Assembly (NCBI GenBank): GCA_028285585.1
Contig: JANQOU010000008.1
Coordinates: 200,760-264,759, forward strand
DNA: 64,000 nucleotides
Origin: Acidimicrobiia bacterium
Lineage (GTDB): Bacteria; Actinomycetota; Acidimicrobiia; Spongiisociales; ZC4RG35
Reading direction: 5' to 3'
The notes beneath the pieces were generated by a model. It saw nothing but the letters and a program-made list of their open reading frames with translations, was not told where the DNA came from and made no database searches. The translations under genes were made by a program, and so were the position numbers. Position 1 is the first letter of the stretch. Each line of letters begins with the position of its first letter. Below, piece after piece: positions 39,636 to 49,694 of the stretch.

Positions 39636-40381
39636 CAGAGAACTACATCCAGCCCGAGATGGACACCACCCTCCAAGTCACCAATGCGGCGTATCGCGAG
39701 CAGAGCCCCAGAGGCGAATGACTCGTAGCTCGTCGACATGTGCTCGATCGAGAGGATCTCACCGCTGTTGGACAAGGCGATCTCCTGATGTGAGATGAGA
39801 CCGGGGAGACGCAGCGAGTGGACTCTGACCCCTTCGACATCTCCGCCGCGAGAGCCAGGGACCAGTTCCTCGGAGCCGTCAGCCGACCCACCACCCGACT
39901 CGGCGATGCCCATGGCGGATGCCAGAGCCGTGCCCGACGGGGCATCGGGCTTGGTGGAGTGATGCCGCTCGATCACTTCAACCGCTTCGAAGTGCCGGGC
40001 CGCCTCGGCGCCAAACCTCATCATCAGGACAGCCCCGATCGAGAAGTTGGGCACAACCAGGCATGGACTGCCGGTCCCCCAGATGTCGCGCAGCTGATCG
40101 AGACGCTCCGGAGTGAATCCCGACGTGCCGACAACACCGGCCAGGCCCATCTCACTCCATGCCCCGAGGTTGTCGAACACCACGTCGGGGTGGGCGGTCT
40201 CAACGACGACATCAGCGCTGAAGCCAGCTGGGTCATCCGTGATAGTCACCCCACCCATCTGCTGACCGGATCGATTCGGGTTGTAGAGCCCGGACAACTC
40301 CAAGTCGTCACTGGCGACAATGGTGTCGATTATCGGCCCGGCGAGCTTGCCGCCCGCGCCGGAGACGGCGACCCGAGTCAC
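39635..40381 (-). CDS. dapB: 4-hydroxy-tetrahydrodipicolinate reductase
   Basis: VGTSG, PNFSIG, ERHHSTKPDAPSGTA, HSLRLPG. Confidence 0.93.
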   Translation of the reverse strand: MTRVAVSGAGGKLAGPIIDTIVASDDLELSGLYNPNRSGQQMGGVTITDDPAGFSADVVVETAHPDVVFDNLGAWSEMGLAGVVGTSGFTPERLDQLRDIWGTGSPCLVVPNFSIGAVLMMRFGAEAARHFEAVEVIERHHSTKPDAPSGTALASAMGIAESGGGSADGSEELVPGSRGGDVEGVRVHSLRLPGLISHQEIALSNSGEILSIEHMSTSYESFASGALLAIRRIGDLEGGVHLGLDVVL

Positions 40382-40385
40382 CGTG

Positions 40386-40637
40386 TCAGTGTGCCGAGTC
40401 CATGGTCATCGCCATGCCGGCGAAACCGCCACCGAACCCTCCTAGGAGGATTCCGGGCAGCAGGGATGTGGCGAAGGAGTCACCCAGGTCGAGGTCGGTG
40501 ATGACCCAGACGGCAAGAGTGATGCCGACTATGCAGGCCGGGAAGCCGATGGCAGCCCCCCGGAGAATGGCCCTGCCCATCCGGGCGGCCGGGGTGATCT
40601 CAGTGTCGGTCGTGGGCTCGGACATCTCCGACATCAT
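40386..40637 (-). CDS. small hypothetical membrane protein (2 TM)
   Basis: Two Gly-rich hydrophobic segments; co-oriented between MFS and dapB. Confidence 0.6.
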   Translation of the reverse strand: MMSEMSEPTTDTEITPAARMGRAILRGAAIGFPACIVGITLAVWVITDLDLGDSFATSLLPGILLGGFGGGFAGMAMTMDSAH

Positions 40638-40645
40638 GCCAGATC

Positions 40646-41911
40646 TCAGGCATCCATCGCATCCTGGCGCGGGATGTCATCCGCGGGGAGCTTCATACGC
40701 CGGACGGCAATGATGAATGGGAGCCGAATCGCATACACGGCACCGGCGACGATGTACCCGACACCGAGCGAGTAGGCGTCGGCCACCCGGCCCAACGCCG
40801 GCTGGGAAACCACACCACCGGCGCTTCCCATCAGCGAGGAGAACGAGAGCACCGTCGCTCGTTGCTCCGAGGGGATCACCTCGTTCATGTAGGCCTGCTG
40901 GAGGGGCCCGCTCAGAGCCCACATCATCGCCACCAGGGTCAACAAAACGACGGCCATCCAGAATCCCCAAGGGACGTCGAGCAGCTCGGCCAGGCCCACA
41001 CCCACAACGGCGATGGAACCGAGTGTCACCTCGACTGCGATGACCCCGGTCCGGGATCGCACGTACTTGCGGACGAGGTTCACCGAGGCCCCACCCGCCA
41101 TCTGAGCCAGGGCAAACACCGCGGCCGCTATTCCGGACAGGTAGACGGCGTTGGGGTCACCGAACAGCTCCAACAGGTACGGTTGGAATGCGTAGAAGAC
41201 CCATATTCCGACGCCCATCGAGAAGGGTGCGCCGAGCAGGAACATCCTGATCGACGGGTTGCCGATGCCGTGCTTGATCGAGCCTCTGACGATGGTGGCC
41301 AACTCCTCTCTGATCGACTGCCCTTGTATCGGTGTGTAACCGATGTCGTGCATCTTCAGATAGGCCACGGTGATCACGATGACCAGCATGACGGAGCGCA
41401 TCACATATGGAATCCCCAGGCTCAGCTGGCCGACGAAACCGCCGAGCACGGTCCCGATCAACATGGCGAGGCCGGTAGCCATCTGCCCGCGGCCAAAGAC
41501 GCTCTCGACCGGGCCATCGAACCCCGTTGCATCGAGGGCGTCGATGAGCCAGGCCTCAGTTGCTCCGCTGAAGAACGTGAATCCAAGGCCGATCAGCGCC
41601 GAGACGGCGATCCACCACCCCACCGGTGCCGCTACCGCCCACAAACCGAGGTAGGCGACCGTCGTTATCAGCAGGGTGATCGCACCGAGGATGAACGAGA
41701 TCCGGCGGCCGGAGGCGTCGGCGACCACGCCGGTGGGCACCTCGAACAGAACCATGCCCGCGGTGAAAGCGGCGTTGGCCACAAACGCCTCGGTGAGAGT
41801 GAGTCCGGCGTCGAGCAAGAACAGCGTGTTGACGCCCCAGATGAACGAGGCCGCCAACGTTTGCAGCAGAATCAGCCAGAGATACGTGCGCTGGATTTCC
41901 TGTGGTGTCAT
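40646..41911 (-). CDS. MFS transporter
   Basis: EVPTGVVADASGRR motif A, FFSGATEAWL, IPSEQRATVLS; about 12 TMs. Confidence 0.9.
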   Translation of the reverse strand: MTPQEIQRTYLWLILLQTLAASFIWGVNTLFLLDAGLTLTEAFVANAAFTAGMVLFEVPTGVVADASGRRISFILGAITLLITTVAYLGLWAVAAPVGWWIAVSALIGLGFTFFSGATEAWLIDALDATGFDGPVESVFGRGQMATGLAMLIGTVLGGFVGQLSLGIPYVMRSVMLVIVITVAYLKMHDIGYTPIQGQSIREELATIVRGSIKHGIGNPSIRMFLLGAPFSMGVGIWVFYAFQPYLLELFGDPNAVYLSGIAAAVFALAQMAGGASVNLVRKYVRSRTGVIAVEVTLGSIAVVGVGLAELLDVPWGFWMAVVLLTLVAMMWALSGPLQQAYMNEVIPSEQRATVLSFSSLMGSAGGVVSQPALGRVADAYSLGVGYIVAGAVYAIRLPFIIAVRRMKLPADDIPRQDAMDA

Positions 41912-41951
41912 GGGTGCCGTTGGTGTCGGTCCAGTTAGCGTATCGGACCGC

Positions 41952-42959
41952 ATGTTCACCCCCTATGAAGAACGCAAGACGGAGGTGCCCTTCGCCTCCT
42001 CGGAGTACTTCTCCTTCGCGGCGCGAAGCTCCTTCCTGGGCTGCCCCGCCCGGCCCATGAACGACCTCGGCGACGCCGGAGTCGTCATCCTCGGCGCACC
42101 GTTCGACATCGGAACGACCTATCGAGCAGGGGCGCGTTTCGGGCCTGCCGCGATACGAAACGCCGACTACGGAGCAATGGACGGTTACCGGCCGCATCTC
42201 CCCACGGGGATCGACCCCTTCGAAACCCTCGGAGTCGTCGACATCGGAGACGTGATGGTCACCCCAGCGGACATGGAGCGGTCGATCGAGGAGATCGCCG
42301 ACACGGTGGCTCATGTAGCCGAAGCGGGCAAGGTCCCAATAATCCTCGGTGGCGATCACACCATCACCTGGCCCAACGCCATGGGAATCGCCCGGACCCA
42401 CGGCTTCGGCGAGTTCGCATTGATCCACTTCGACGCTCACGCCGACACCGGATTCCTGCAACGCGGCTCCCTGGTGGGGCACGGGACACCCATGAGAAGG
42501 CTCATCGAGTCGGGCGCGGTCCCGGGCCACCGCTTCGTTCAGATAGGTCTCCGTGGCTACTGGCCGGAGCCAGACGTCATGGAGTGGGGTCGGGAGCAGA
42601 AGATGCGGACTTTCTTGATGAGCCAGATCGTCGACGAGGGTCTCGACAAAGTCGTGGACGATGCCGTCGACTACGCCATCGGCGGCGGGGCCAAGGGAGT
42701 GTTCATCTCAGTCGACATCGATGTGGTCGACCCGGGACTCGCCCCGGGAACCGGGACTCCAGAGCCGGGCGGCCTCAACTCGAGGGAGATCCTGGACACC
42801 ATCCGCAGGCTGGCCAAGGACCTGAACGTCCTCGGAGGGGACATCGTGGAGGTGTCACCTCCTTACGACGGGCCGGGCGAGCAGACGGCCTATCTAGCCA
42901 ACCGCGTCGTGTTAGAGATGCTCAACGGGATGGCAGAGCGGAAGACCTCCGCAGGCTGA
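41952..42959 (+). CDS. speB: agmatinase (ureohydrolase family)
   Basis: GARFGP, LGGDHT, HFDAHADT, SVDIDVVDPGLAPGTGTPEPGG. Confidence 0.88.
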   Translation: MFTPYEERKTEVPFASSEYFSFAARSSFLGCPARPMNDLGDAGVVILGAPFDIGTTYRAGARFGPAAIRNADYGAMDGYRPHLPTGIDPFETLGVVDIGDVMVTPADMERSIEEIADTVAHVAEAGKVPIILGGDHTITWPNAMGIARTHGFGEFALIHFDAHADTGFLQRGSLVGHGTPMRRLIESGAVPGHRFVQIGLRGYWPEPDVMEWGREQKMRTFLMSQIVDEGLDKVVDDAVDYAIGGGAKGVFISVDIDVVDPGLAPGTGTPEPGGLNSREILDTIRRLAKDLNVLGGDIVEVSPPYDGPGEQTAYLANRVVLEMLNGMAERKTSAG

Positions 42960-42963
42960 CAGC

Positions 42964-43995
42964 TCAGAGCTGGAAGGTCTCCCACGGGTGATCTCCGGGC
43001 ACACCCCAGACGGCGCGCATCCTCCGTCTTGCCGGCTCCATGACAACTGCGCCACAGGTGGCGACATCGTGCGGATCGTCGGTGTGCTTGGAGATCCTCG
43101 GGTCTTTGAAGAACACCTCTGGAGATGCCGAGTTCGACCGGCCCAACTCGAGACGCAGCTCCGAGTCGGCTACATGCTCCGGCTCTCGGTATCCATGCTC
43201 GCGTGCCGTCTCGGGGTGGACACAGTGGTTCGAGTGAACAAACGGCTGCTCGACGACCATGGTGACCTCTTTCCGTTCCGGCATGGCCTCGATGTTGGCG
43301 CCACGACCGTCCGGCCCCATCACCATGAAGTTGTGGCCACCGGCCAGATCAGCCTCCATAACCACGTCAACAGCTGATTCGAAGTTGGTCTGCTGAAGGG
43401 CCTTCCTGACGACAAAAGGCCAGGTGACGCCGGGCCTGCCCACGGCGTTGAGATTGTTGATCCCGATCGAGATCCCGGCCTCGTTCATTCCCATCTGCCC
43501 GAGGCACCCGGCGGTGGTCTGCACGAGTGCGCTGGGCCCCATCAACGGGTCGAGTTTGAGCATGATCACGTACTCACCGGCCGACATGTGCATGTCCCAC
43601 GTCTGGGCGTAGAAGCCACCCTCGGGGTTGATCACGGCCGTGCAGTTGTGCTCGTCAGGTGCGCTGCCGACATGCCCTCTGACCACATCCACCACATCGG
43701 TGAAACCTCCGACAACCACAGCTTCCGCTTGGGTGACACCGGCAGCCTCCGCCATCGCCGTCATCTCGGCGAACAGGCTCTCCGAGTACCGCTCGTGATG
43801 AGGAAGGGTGGTCTCAGTCAACTCCAGGATCAGCTCGCGATCGACATCTCCACCACTCCAACGCTCCTGACCGGTGAGCCCGATCCGATCCTCCAGGTAC
43901 TTGCCGATCATGTCAGAGCAGGATTCGCCGTGACCACGGCCCAGATCGGACGAGTCGCCGAACACCTCGAGCAGCCTCAGTTCTCCTCCAAACAC
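42964..43995 (-). CDS. C45 family Ntn-hydrolase (acyltransferase/peptidase)
   Basis: HN/CTAV autoprocessing Cys, AQTWDM, GMNEAGISIGINNL, HSNH. Confidence 0.82.
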   Translation of the reverse strand: MFGGELRLLEVFGDSSDLGRGHGESCSDMIGKYLEDRIGLTGQERWSGGDVDRELILELTETTLPHHERYSESLFAEMTAMAEAAGVTQAEAVVVGGFTDVVDVVRGHVGSAPDEHNCTAVINPEGGFYAQTWDMHMSAGEYVIMLKLDPLMGPSALVQTTAGCLGQMGMNEAGISIGINNLNAVGRPGVTWPFVVRKALQQTNFESAVDVVMEADLAGGHNFMVMGPDGRGANIEAMPERKEVTMVVEQPFVHSNHCVHPETAREHGYREPEHVADSELRLELGRSNSASPEVFFKDPRISKHTDDPHDVATCGAVVMEPARRRMRAVWGVPGDHPWETFQL

Positions 43996-44025
43996 GACCT
44001 ACACGCTACTCAGCCGGCATTCGAA

Positions 44026-45165
44026 TCATCCCCGGCCGAGTTGGAAGTACTCGGTGTAGGCAGGCTCCACTGGTCCCGTGTAACGGAGACGATCGAGCGA
44101 GTCAGTGAGATCGGCGCTCGGGTACAAGACTTGATTGGCCACCAGGTCGGGAGAGATCAGGCCCTGAGCGGCGGCGTTCGGGCTGGCATGCCGACCCCAG
44201 TTGGCGAGCTCCGCCGCATTCTCGAGATCGAGAATGAAGTTGATGAACGCATGAGCCGTGCACCGGCTCTCGGCGGCAAGAGGAATCGTCATGCTGTCGA
44301 CCCAGAGAGTCCCGCCCTCGGCCGGGAACACAAACGAGACTGCGCTTCGATCGTCCTCGTCGTCGAGGCCTGCCAGGAAGTCGCCACCTCGAATCTGGGC
44401 CACGGCCAGCTCGCCGCTGATCAGCGACTCCATTTGCCCTTCGTCGCGGAACCTGACAGATCGATCGCGCGAGTCGGCGATGAGATCCGCTGCAGCGGCA
44501 AGCTCGCTCTCATCGGTGGTGTTGACCGAATGCCTGAGGTGGCGAAGCGCCCCTGCCATGGTCTCCCGCGCATTGTCGAGGAGGGCGAGACCTCCGGGCG
44601 ACTCGATCGCCGAGTCGAAGAAGACCGACCAGCTGATCGGCGACTCCTGAGAGACCAGAGCGTTGTTGATCGCCAACCCGGTCGTGCCCCACTGGAAGGC
44701 CGCCGAGTGGGCGCTTCCCGAGTCGAAGACGGGTTCCTCGAACGTCGCACCCAGGTTGGCGAAGTTGGGAAGAAGCCGGCGGTCGAGCCTGCTCAGATAT
44801 CCCTCGTCAACGAGACGCTCGACCACATGATCGGTGGCAATCACCACGTCGTACGAAGCTCCTGACTGAAGCTTCGCGTGCAGCGACTCGTTGGAGTCGT
44901 AGAAGTCCTCGATCACACGCACACCGAGCTCCTCCTCGAACCTGTCGAGGAGAGTCGTGGGCATCCGCGACTCCCGGTGATAGATGTGGAGGTTGCCGTC
45001 GGCTTCCCGCGCCTCGCACTCCAACGGGACCGTGGTGTCCACAGGCAAAGTCGCATCCACAGTGCCCGCGCCGCCGTCGGCCGGAGAACAGGCGGCGATG
45101 ACCAACGCTGCCGAAGCGATCAAGACGGCTCGCGAGAAAGCGATGCGCTTCACCAGATCTTCCAC
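44026..45165 (-). CDS. PotD/PotF-like ABC substrate-binding lipoprotein (variant pocket)
   Basis: Lipobox IAAC, YDSNE, QWGTTGL, PAEGGTLWVDSMTIP, AHAFINFILD. Confidence 0.85.
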   Translation of the reverse strand: MEDLVKRIAFSRAVLIASAALVIAACSPADGGAGTVDATLPVDTTVPLECEAREADGNLHIYHRESRMPTTLLDRFEEELGVRVIEDFYDSNESLHAKLQSGASYDVVIATDHVVERLVDEGYLSRLDRRLLPNFANLGATFEEPVFDSGSAHSAAFQWGTTGLAINNALVSQESPISWSVFFDSAIESPGGLALLDNARETMAGALRHLRHSVNTTDESELAAAADLIADSRDRSVRFRDEGQMESLISGELAVAQIRGGDFLAGLDDEDDRSAVSFVFPAEGGTLWVDSMTIPLAAESRCTAHAFINFILDLENAAELANWGRHASPNAAAQGLISPDLVANQVLYPSADLTDSLDRLRYTGPVEPAYTEYFQLGRG

Positions 45166-45198
45166 ACTGCCACCTACGGTTTTCTAGCAGCCGCCCGC

Positions 45199-45270
45199 CG
45201 TTGCTATAGCAAGGCGTCGCGCTGAGCGACACGCGTTGCTATAGCAAGGGGTCGCGTCAGGCGACACGCG
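45199..45270. repeat. 35-bp tandem repeat (2 copies) containing the palindrome TTGCTATAGCAA
   Basis: TTGCTATAGCAAGG at 45201 and 45236, each followed by a GTCGC..GCGAC hairpin. Confidence 0.85.
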
Positions 45271-45309
45271 GTGCACGCGCGATGATGCGCGCAGTTAGCC
45301 TCCACCGCC

Positions 45310-46548
45310 ATGACCTCCTTCTGGCACCCGTTTGCGGAGATGAGCAAGGTGAAGACAGCCCCCTTCATCATCGACCGCGGGGAAGACATCTACGTCTACG
45401 ACGAGCAGGGCAATCGCTATCTCGATGCTGCCGCCTCCCTCTGGTACATGAACATCGGATACGGGCGGGATGAAGTGATCGACGCCATGGACCGTCAGAT
45501 GCGGAAGCTGCCGGCCTTTCACGCCTTCGTCGACTACGGCACCAGGCCGCCGATGGATCTAGCGGCGAAGATCGCTTCGGTGTCCCCGGATCCCGACTCG
45601 AAGGTCTTCTTCGGCTCCGGAGGCTCGGACGCCATCGACACCGCAGCCAAGATGGCGCGTCGCTACTTCAACGCCATCGGCCAGCCCGAGCGCACCATCT
45701 TCATCGCCAGGGAGTGGGCTTACCACGGCATGCACAGCTACGGCACCGCCCTCGGCGGCATGGAGCAGAATCGTCTCGGGTATGGAGGCGACCTCGTCTC
45801 CGACGTCGTGATGGTCCCCTACGACGACGCCGAAGCCGTGGAGAAGGCGATCGATCACGCCGGAGCAGACCGGGTCGCCGGCATCTTCGTGGAAGCCGTC
45901 ATCGGTGCCGGCGGGATCCGGCCGGTCAGCGAGGACTACCTGAGGACGGTGCGCCAATCGATCCGAGACGCCGGAGCTCTCTACATCTCGGACGAGGTGA
46001 TCACCGGCTTCGGCCGTGCCGGCGACTGGTTCGCCGCGGGCAGGTTCGGGCTGGAACCAGATCTGATGACCTTTGCCAAAGGTGTCACCTGCGGATACGC
46101 CCCTCTGGGCGGCGTTGTCGCCGCAAGTCACATCGCGGAGCCCTTCTTCTCCCAACCCGGCCTCATGTTCCGCCATGGCTACACGTACTCGGGCCACTCG
46201 ACGGCCTGTGCGGCCGGCATCGTCGTGATGGACATCATCGAACGAGAGGGACTGCTCGAGCGTGCCCGCCAGCTCGAAGGAGAGATGTACGAGGCGCTCC
46301 TCCCTTTGGAGGCCTTGGATGTCGTCGACCATGTGAGACGCGGAGTGGGTGCTCTCACCGCGGTTCAGTTGGAGGTCGGCGAAGACGAGACATTGCCCGG
46401 CCGAGCCGCGGCTGCTTGCAGGAAGGCCGGCGTCCTCACCCGGGCGATGGGCAACGGTGCCTTGCAAGTCTCCCCTCCCCTGACGATGACTCCTGATCAG
46501 GTCAAGGAGATGGCCGGCCTGTTCGACACGGGTCTCCGCAGCCTGTGA
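45310..46548 (+). CDS. class III aminotransferase (omega-amine/putrescine:pyruvate type)
   Basis: YLDAAASLW, AYHG, ISDEVITGFGRAG, PDLMTFAKG, HGYTYSGH. Confidence 0.92.
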   Translation: MTSFWHPFAEMSKVKTAPFIIDRGEDIYVYDEQGNRYLDAAASLWYMNIGYGRDEVIDAMDRQMRKLPAFHAFVDYGTRPPMDLAAKIASVSPDPDSKVFFGSGGSDAIDTAAKMARRYFNAIGQPERTIFIAREWAYHGMHSYGTALGGMEQNRLGYGGDLVSDVVMVPYDDAEAVEKAIDHAGADRVAGIFVEAVIGAGGIRPVSEDYLRTVRQSIRDAGALYISDEVITGFGRAGDWFAAGRFGLEPDLMTFAKGVTCGYAPLGGVVAASHIAEPFFSQPGLMFRHGYTYSGHSTACAAGIVVMDIIEREGLLERARQLEGEMYEALLPLEALDVVDHVRRGVGALTAVQLEVGEDETLPGRAAAACRKAGVLTRAMGNGALQVSPPLTMTPDQVKEMAGLFDTGLRSL

Positions 46549-46630
46549 GGTAGAGCTGACGAAACAGTCTGTCGGCGATCCGACACAGAGCTCACACCCG
46601 CCGGCGTTGGACACGACGTAGGCTCGACCT

Positions 46631-47017
46631 GTGACCGAAGCCTGGCGTCATCGCCTGTTCCTCAGTGCCCCATTCGTTGCCATCGGCGCACTGGCGTTGG
46701 TGACGCCGTCTGAAGACGGTCTAACCGTTTGCCCCTTTGCCTTGTGCACGGGCTCGGCTTGCCCGGGTTGCGGGATGACTCGGGCAGCTTCCAGCCTGAT
46801 TCGCGGTGACTTCTCCGGGGCGATGTTCTATCACCCGCTGGTGCTGCTGATCGGGGCCCAGGCATTGGCCGGGTGGATCTGGTACCTGCTGCGCAGAACC
46901 GGCCGCGTAGGGCCGGTGAATCAAACGACGCTGACCGTCATCCTTGCGATCACCGCAGTCGCGTTGGTTGCAGTCTGGGTTGCTCGACTGGTGTCGGGGA
47001 CGCTGCCTCCGGTCTGA
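46631..47017 (+). CDS. DUF2752 domain membrane protein
   Basis: CPF...TGSACPGCGMTRA...GDFSGAMFYHPL. Confidence 0.85.
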   Translation: MTEAWRHRLFLSAPFVAIGALALVTPSEDGLTVCPFALCTGSACPGCGMTRAASSLIRGDFSGAMFYHPLVLLIGAQALAGWIWYLLRRTGRVGPVNQTTLTVILAITAVALVAVWVARLVSGTLPPV

Positions 47018-47816
47018 CCAACCTGCCCATCAGCCACATCACCGTGGCCAGTGCGGCTGCCACGGCGCCTACCGCTACCGGCAACACCCACTGCGACCGC
47101 GCCAACAAGGAGACCGCCTCTTCGATCGGTGCTCTGCCCCCACCGGGGTCGAGAATCCAAGAGCCGAGACGAAGCAGTATCCCGAAGCTGAGACCTCCAA
47201 GCGCCAACTTGACCAGCAGACGACGAGCCTCGCCGAAGCGGTCCGTGGAAACGCCCAAAGCCACTGCCCCTGAGACGGCCATCGTCAGCACGGCCAACAA
47301 CGCGGCGGTCCCGAACCGGCTGGCCGCCGGGCTCTCCGGCCCGACGAAGGGTGCGACGCCCGGCTCCCGAATCACCAGTGGGTCAAGGCCCGCCAGCACT
47401 CTGGCCACTTCCCGCTCGGGAATCTGGAACCCAGCAGCCTCGATGGTCGATGCGATGTCCGACACCGCCGGGAGCAGCACCGAGGCCACGTCCACCGAAC
47501 CATCAGTTGGGTGGGAAACGGCTATCACCACTTCGGCGATGAAGCGGTCAATTGCCTCGTCGGCCGCCGTGGTGTCCATCACGTAGCCGACCAAAGACCC
47601 CACCTGCCCGTCGGACAGGCCGTAGTCGACCAGCTCGTCTTCGAGCCAAGACGCGACCAGGCCGGAGACTGCTGGAGCCTCGGCCAAGGGCGCAGCGGCA
47701 TCAGCAAGAGCATCGGTGTCGACGACCACAGCCCGCCCCCAGAGGGAGATGAACAGAGCGGTGGCGGCCAGCCCAAAGACCCAGCCGGCCCCGGACCTGA
47801 TCGAAGTGCGGGTCAT
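46950..47816 (-). CDS. hypothetical membrane protein
   Basis: N-terminal TM plus three C-terminal TMs; ATGA-coupled to mrp/apbC. Confidence 0.65.
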   Translation of the reverse strand: MTRTSIRSGAGWVFGLAATALFISLWGRAVVVDTDALADAAAPLAEAPAVSGLVASWLEDELVDYGLSDGQVGSLVGYVMDTTAADEAIDRFIAEVVIAVSHPTDGSVDVASVLLPAVSDIASTIEAAGFQIPEREVARVLAGLDPLVIREPGVAPFVGPESPAASRFGTAALLAVLTMAVSGAVALGVSTDRFGEARRLLVKLALGGLSFGILLRLGSWILDPGGGRAPIEEAVSLLARSQWVLPVAVGAVAAALATVMWLMGRLVRPEAASPTPVEQPRLQPTRLR

Positions 47817-48898
47817 TGGTTGATGACGAGTGCCGGGTTGGTGCGAACCCGAGGCCTTTTCTCTATGACAGCAGAGGCAAGGGTGTCGAAGGCATCGGCA
47901 GCCTCCGAGCCGGGAGCCGCCAGCACCACAGGGTGCCCGGAGTCGGCACCTCGGCCCATCGCCGGGAGCAACGGCACTCGAGCCATGAGATCGACGCCCA
48001 GCTCTTGGGCAAGACTCTCGCCGCCCCCAGAGCCAAAGAGCTCGTAGCGCTTGTCGTCGTCGCCGGTGAACCACGACATGTTCTCCACGACCCCAATCAC
48101 CTGCTGGTCGACCTCGGCGGCCATCAACGCCGCTCGCCGGGCGACCCGCTGAGCCGTGGGCTGTGGCGTGGTGACCAAGAGCACCTGAGCCCGAGGAAGA
48201 AACTGCGACATCGAGATGGCAATGTCTCCCGTGCCGGGCGGCATGTCGACGACCAGAAAGTCGAGGTTGTCCCAGAAGACATCCTTGAGGAACTGCTCGA
48301 TGGCCTTGTGAAGCATGGGGCCACGCCAGATGACCGCCTTGTCATCACCGACGAAGTAGTCCATCGACATCACCTTCACCCCGTGGGCGACCGGCGGGAT
48401 GATTGCGTCGGCGACCATGGCCGGGGGCGAGGAGATCCCGAGCATGGCGGGAATCGAGAAGCCCCATATGTCGCCGTCGACGATCCCGACCTTGTTCCCG
48501 GTCCGTTGCAGGGCGACGGACAGATTTGCCGAGACCGAAGACTTGCCCACGCCACCCTTGCCGGAGGAGACGGCGACGACACGAGTGGCAGATCCGGGCT
48601 CGCCGATTGGAGGCCCCATTTCGGACCGCCTATCGGCGATCCAACTCTCCTGGGCGGCGTCATCCATGACCTGGATGTCGATGTCGGCCCCTCGTGCATG
48701 GGGCTCGAGGGCATGTTTGAGCAATTCGTCCAGCTCCGGCGGCACATAGTGAGTTGGAATCACCAACTCGACCTTTGCCTTGCCGGTGACGGTCTTCTCG
48801 ACATTCTTGACAAGTCCGAGATCACCCAGGGTCCGCCCCACTATCAGGGGCGACTCGATGGACGCGACTGCTTCGTAGATGTCGTCTTTGGAGGCCAT
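47813..48898 (-). CDS. mrp: Mrp/NBP35 (ApbC) Fe-S carrier ATPase
   Basis: SGKGGVGKSS, DGDIWGFSIP, WRGPMLHKA, VDMPPGTGD, VENMS. Confidence 0.93.
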   Translation of the reverse strand: MASKDDIYEAVASIESPLIVGRTLGDLGLVKNVEKTVTGKAKVELVIPTHYVPPELDELLKHALEPHARGADIDIQVMDDAAQESWIADRRSEMGPPIGEPGSATRVVAVSSGKGGVGKSSVSANLSVALQRTGNKVGIVDGDIWGFSIPAMLGISSPPAMVADAIIPPVAHGVKVMSMDYFVGDDKAVIWRGPMLHKAIEQFLKDVFWDNLDFLVVDMPPGTGDIAISMSQFLPRAQVLLVTTPQPTAQRVARRAALMAAEVDQQVIGVVENMSWFTGDDDKRYELFGSGGGESLAQELGVDLMARVPLLPAMGRGADSGHPVVLAAPGSEAADAFDTLASAVIEKRPRVRTNPALVINQ

Positions 48899-48964
48899 GC
48901 GATCCCTACTGCAAGGTTCTTAGGAGACTTTGAAAACTATAGTTTTGGGCAGGGAGTATCCCGT

Positions 48965-49666
48965 ATGGACGTCAAGACACTCGATTCTCGGATCTCAGAT
49001 CTCACCGCATCGCTCGGTGACTCCACCAGACGCGCCATCTACATCGCCGTTCGCGAGTCCGCTGAGCCGCTGACCACCTCCGAGGTGGCCAAGCTGTTCG
49101 ACATCCATGCCAACGTCGCCCGCCATCACCTAGACCGCCTCGCCGACGACGGCTACGTACAGGTGAGCCATCGGCCCAGTGCCAACCAGGGTGCGGGACG
49201 GCCCGCCAAGACCTACGAGGCAACCTCCAAGGAAGTCACGGTCCACTTCGCTCCACGACGGTTCGAGATGCTCACCGAAATGTTGTTCCAGGTGCTCGAG
49301 GAGGTGGCACCAGAGAACGTCTCCGAGGTCGCGGAGAATGTGGGGCGAAGCTACGGAGAGAAACTGGCATCAGAGATAGGCGCACCCGAAGAACCTGGAT
49401 ACGACGACGCAGTCCAGGCGGTGGCCAGCGCCATGACGGGCCTGGGCTTCTCCGTCGACCCCGACGTCCCCGGACAGCGGCTTCTCACTTCGCATTGCCC
49501 CTTCGGCGAGAGCGCCACCAACCATCCCGAGGTGATCTGCTCGCTCGATCGCGGGATAGTCGCCGGTCTGTTTGGCGCCCTCTCCTTCGACTGCAACCCG
49601 GTGGTGATCCCTCACAAAGCCTTGGATGACGATTGCGTCACCCAAGTCCCAGTGACAATCGGCTGA
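48965..49666 (+). CDS. HTH transcriptional regulator, SufR-like Cys-containing ArsR type
   Basis: IHANVARHHLDRL, GAGRPAKTY, HCPF...ICSLDRG...DDDC. Confidence 0.8.
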   Translation: MDVKTLDSRISDLTASLGDSTRRAIYIAVRESAEPLTTSEVAKLFDIHANVARHHLDRLADDGYVQVSHRPSANQGAGRPAKTYEATSKEVTVHFAPRRFEMLTEMLFQVLEEVAPENVSEVAENVGRSYGEKLASEIGAPEEPGYDDAVQAVASAMTGLGFSVDPDVPGQRLLTSHCPFGESATNHPEVICSLDRGIVAGLFGALSFDCNPVVIPHKALDDDCVTQVPVTIG

Positions 49667-49694
49667 CAACGCGCAGGACCACTGGCACGCTGAC

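Noticed and set aside
43588-49666. Long shadow ORFs and N-terminal extensions (43588-44865; 616-aa 47816-49666; also 41676 start of agmatinase)
   Set aside because: They overlap well-supported opposite-strand genes; real starts reassigned to 48965 and 41952
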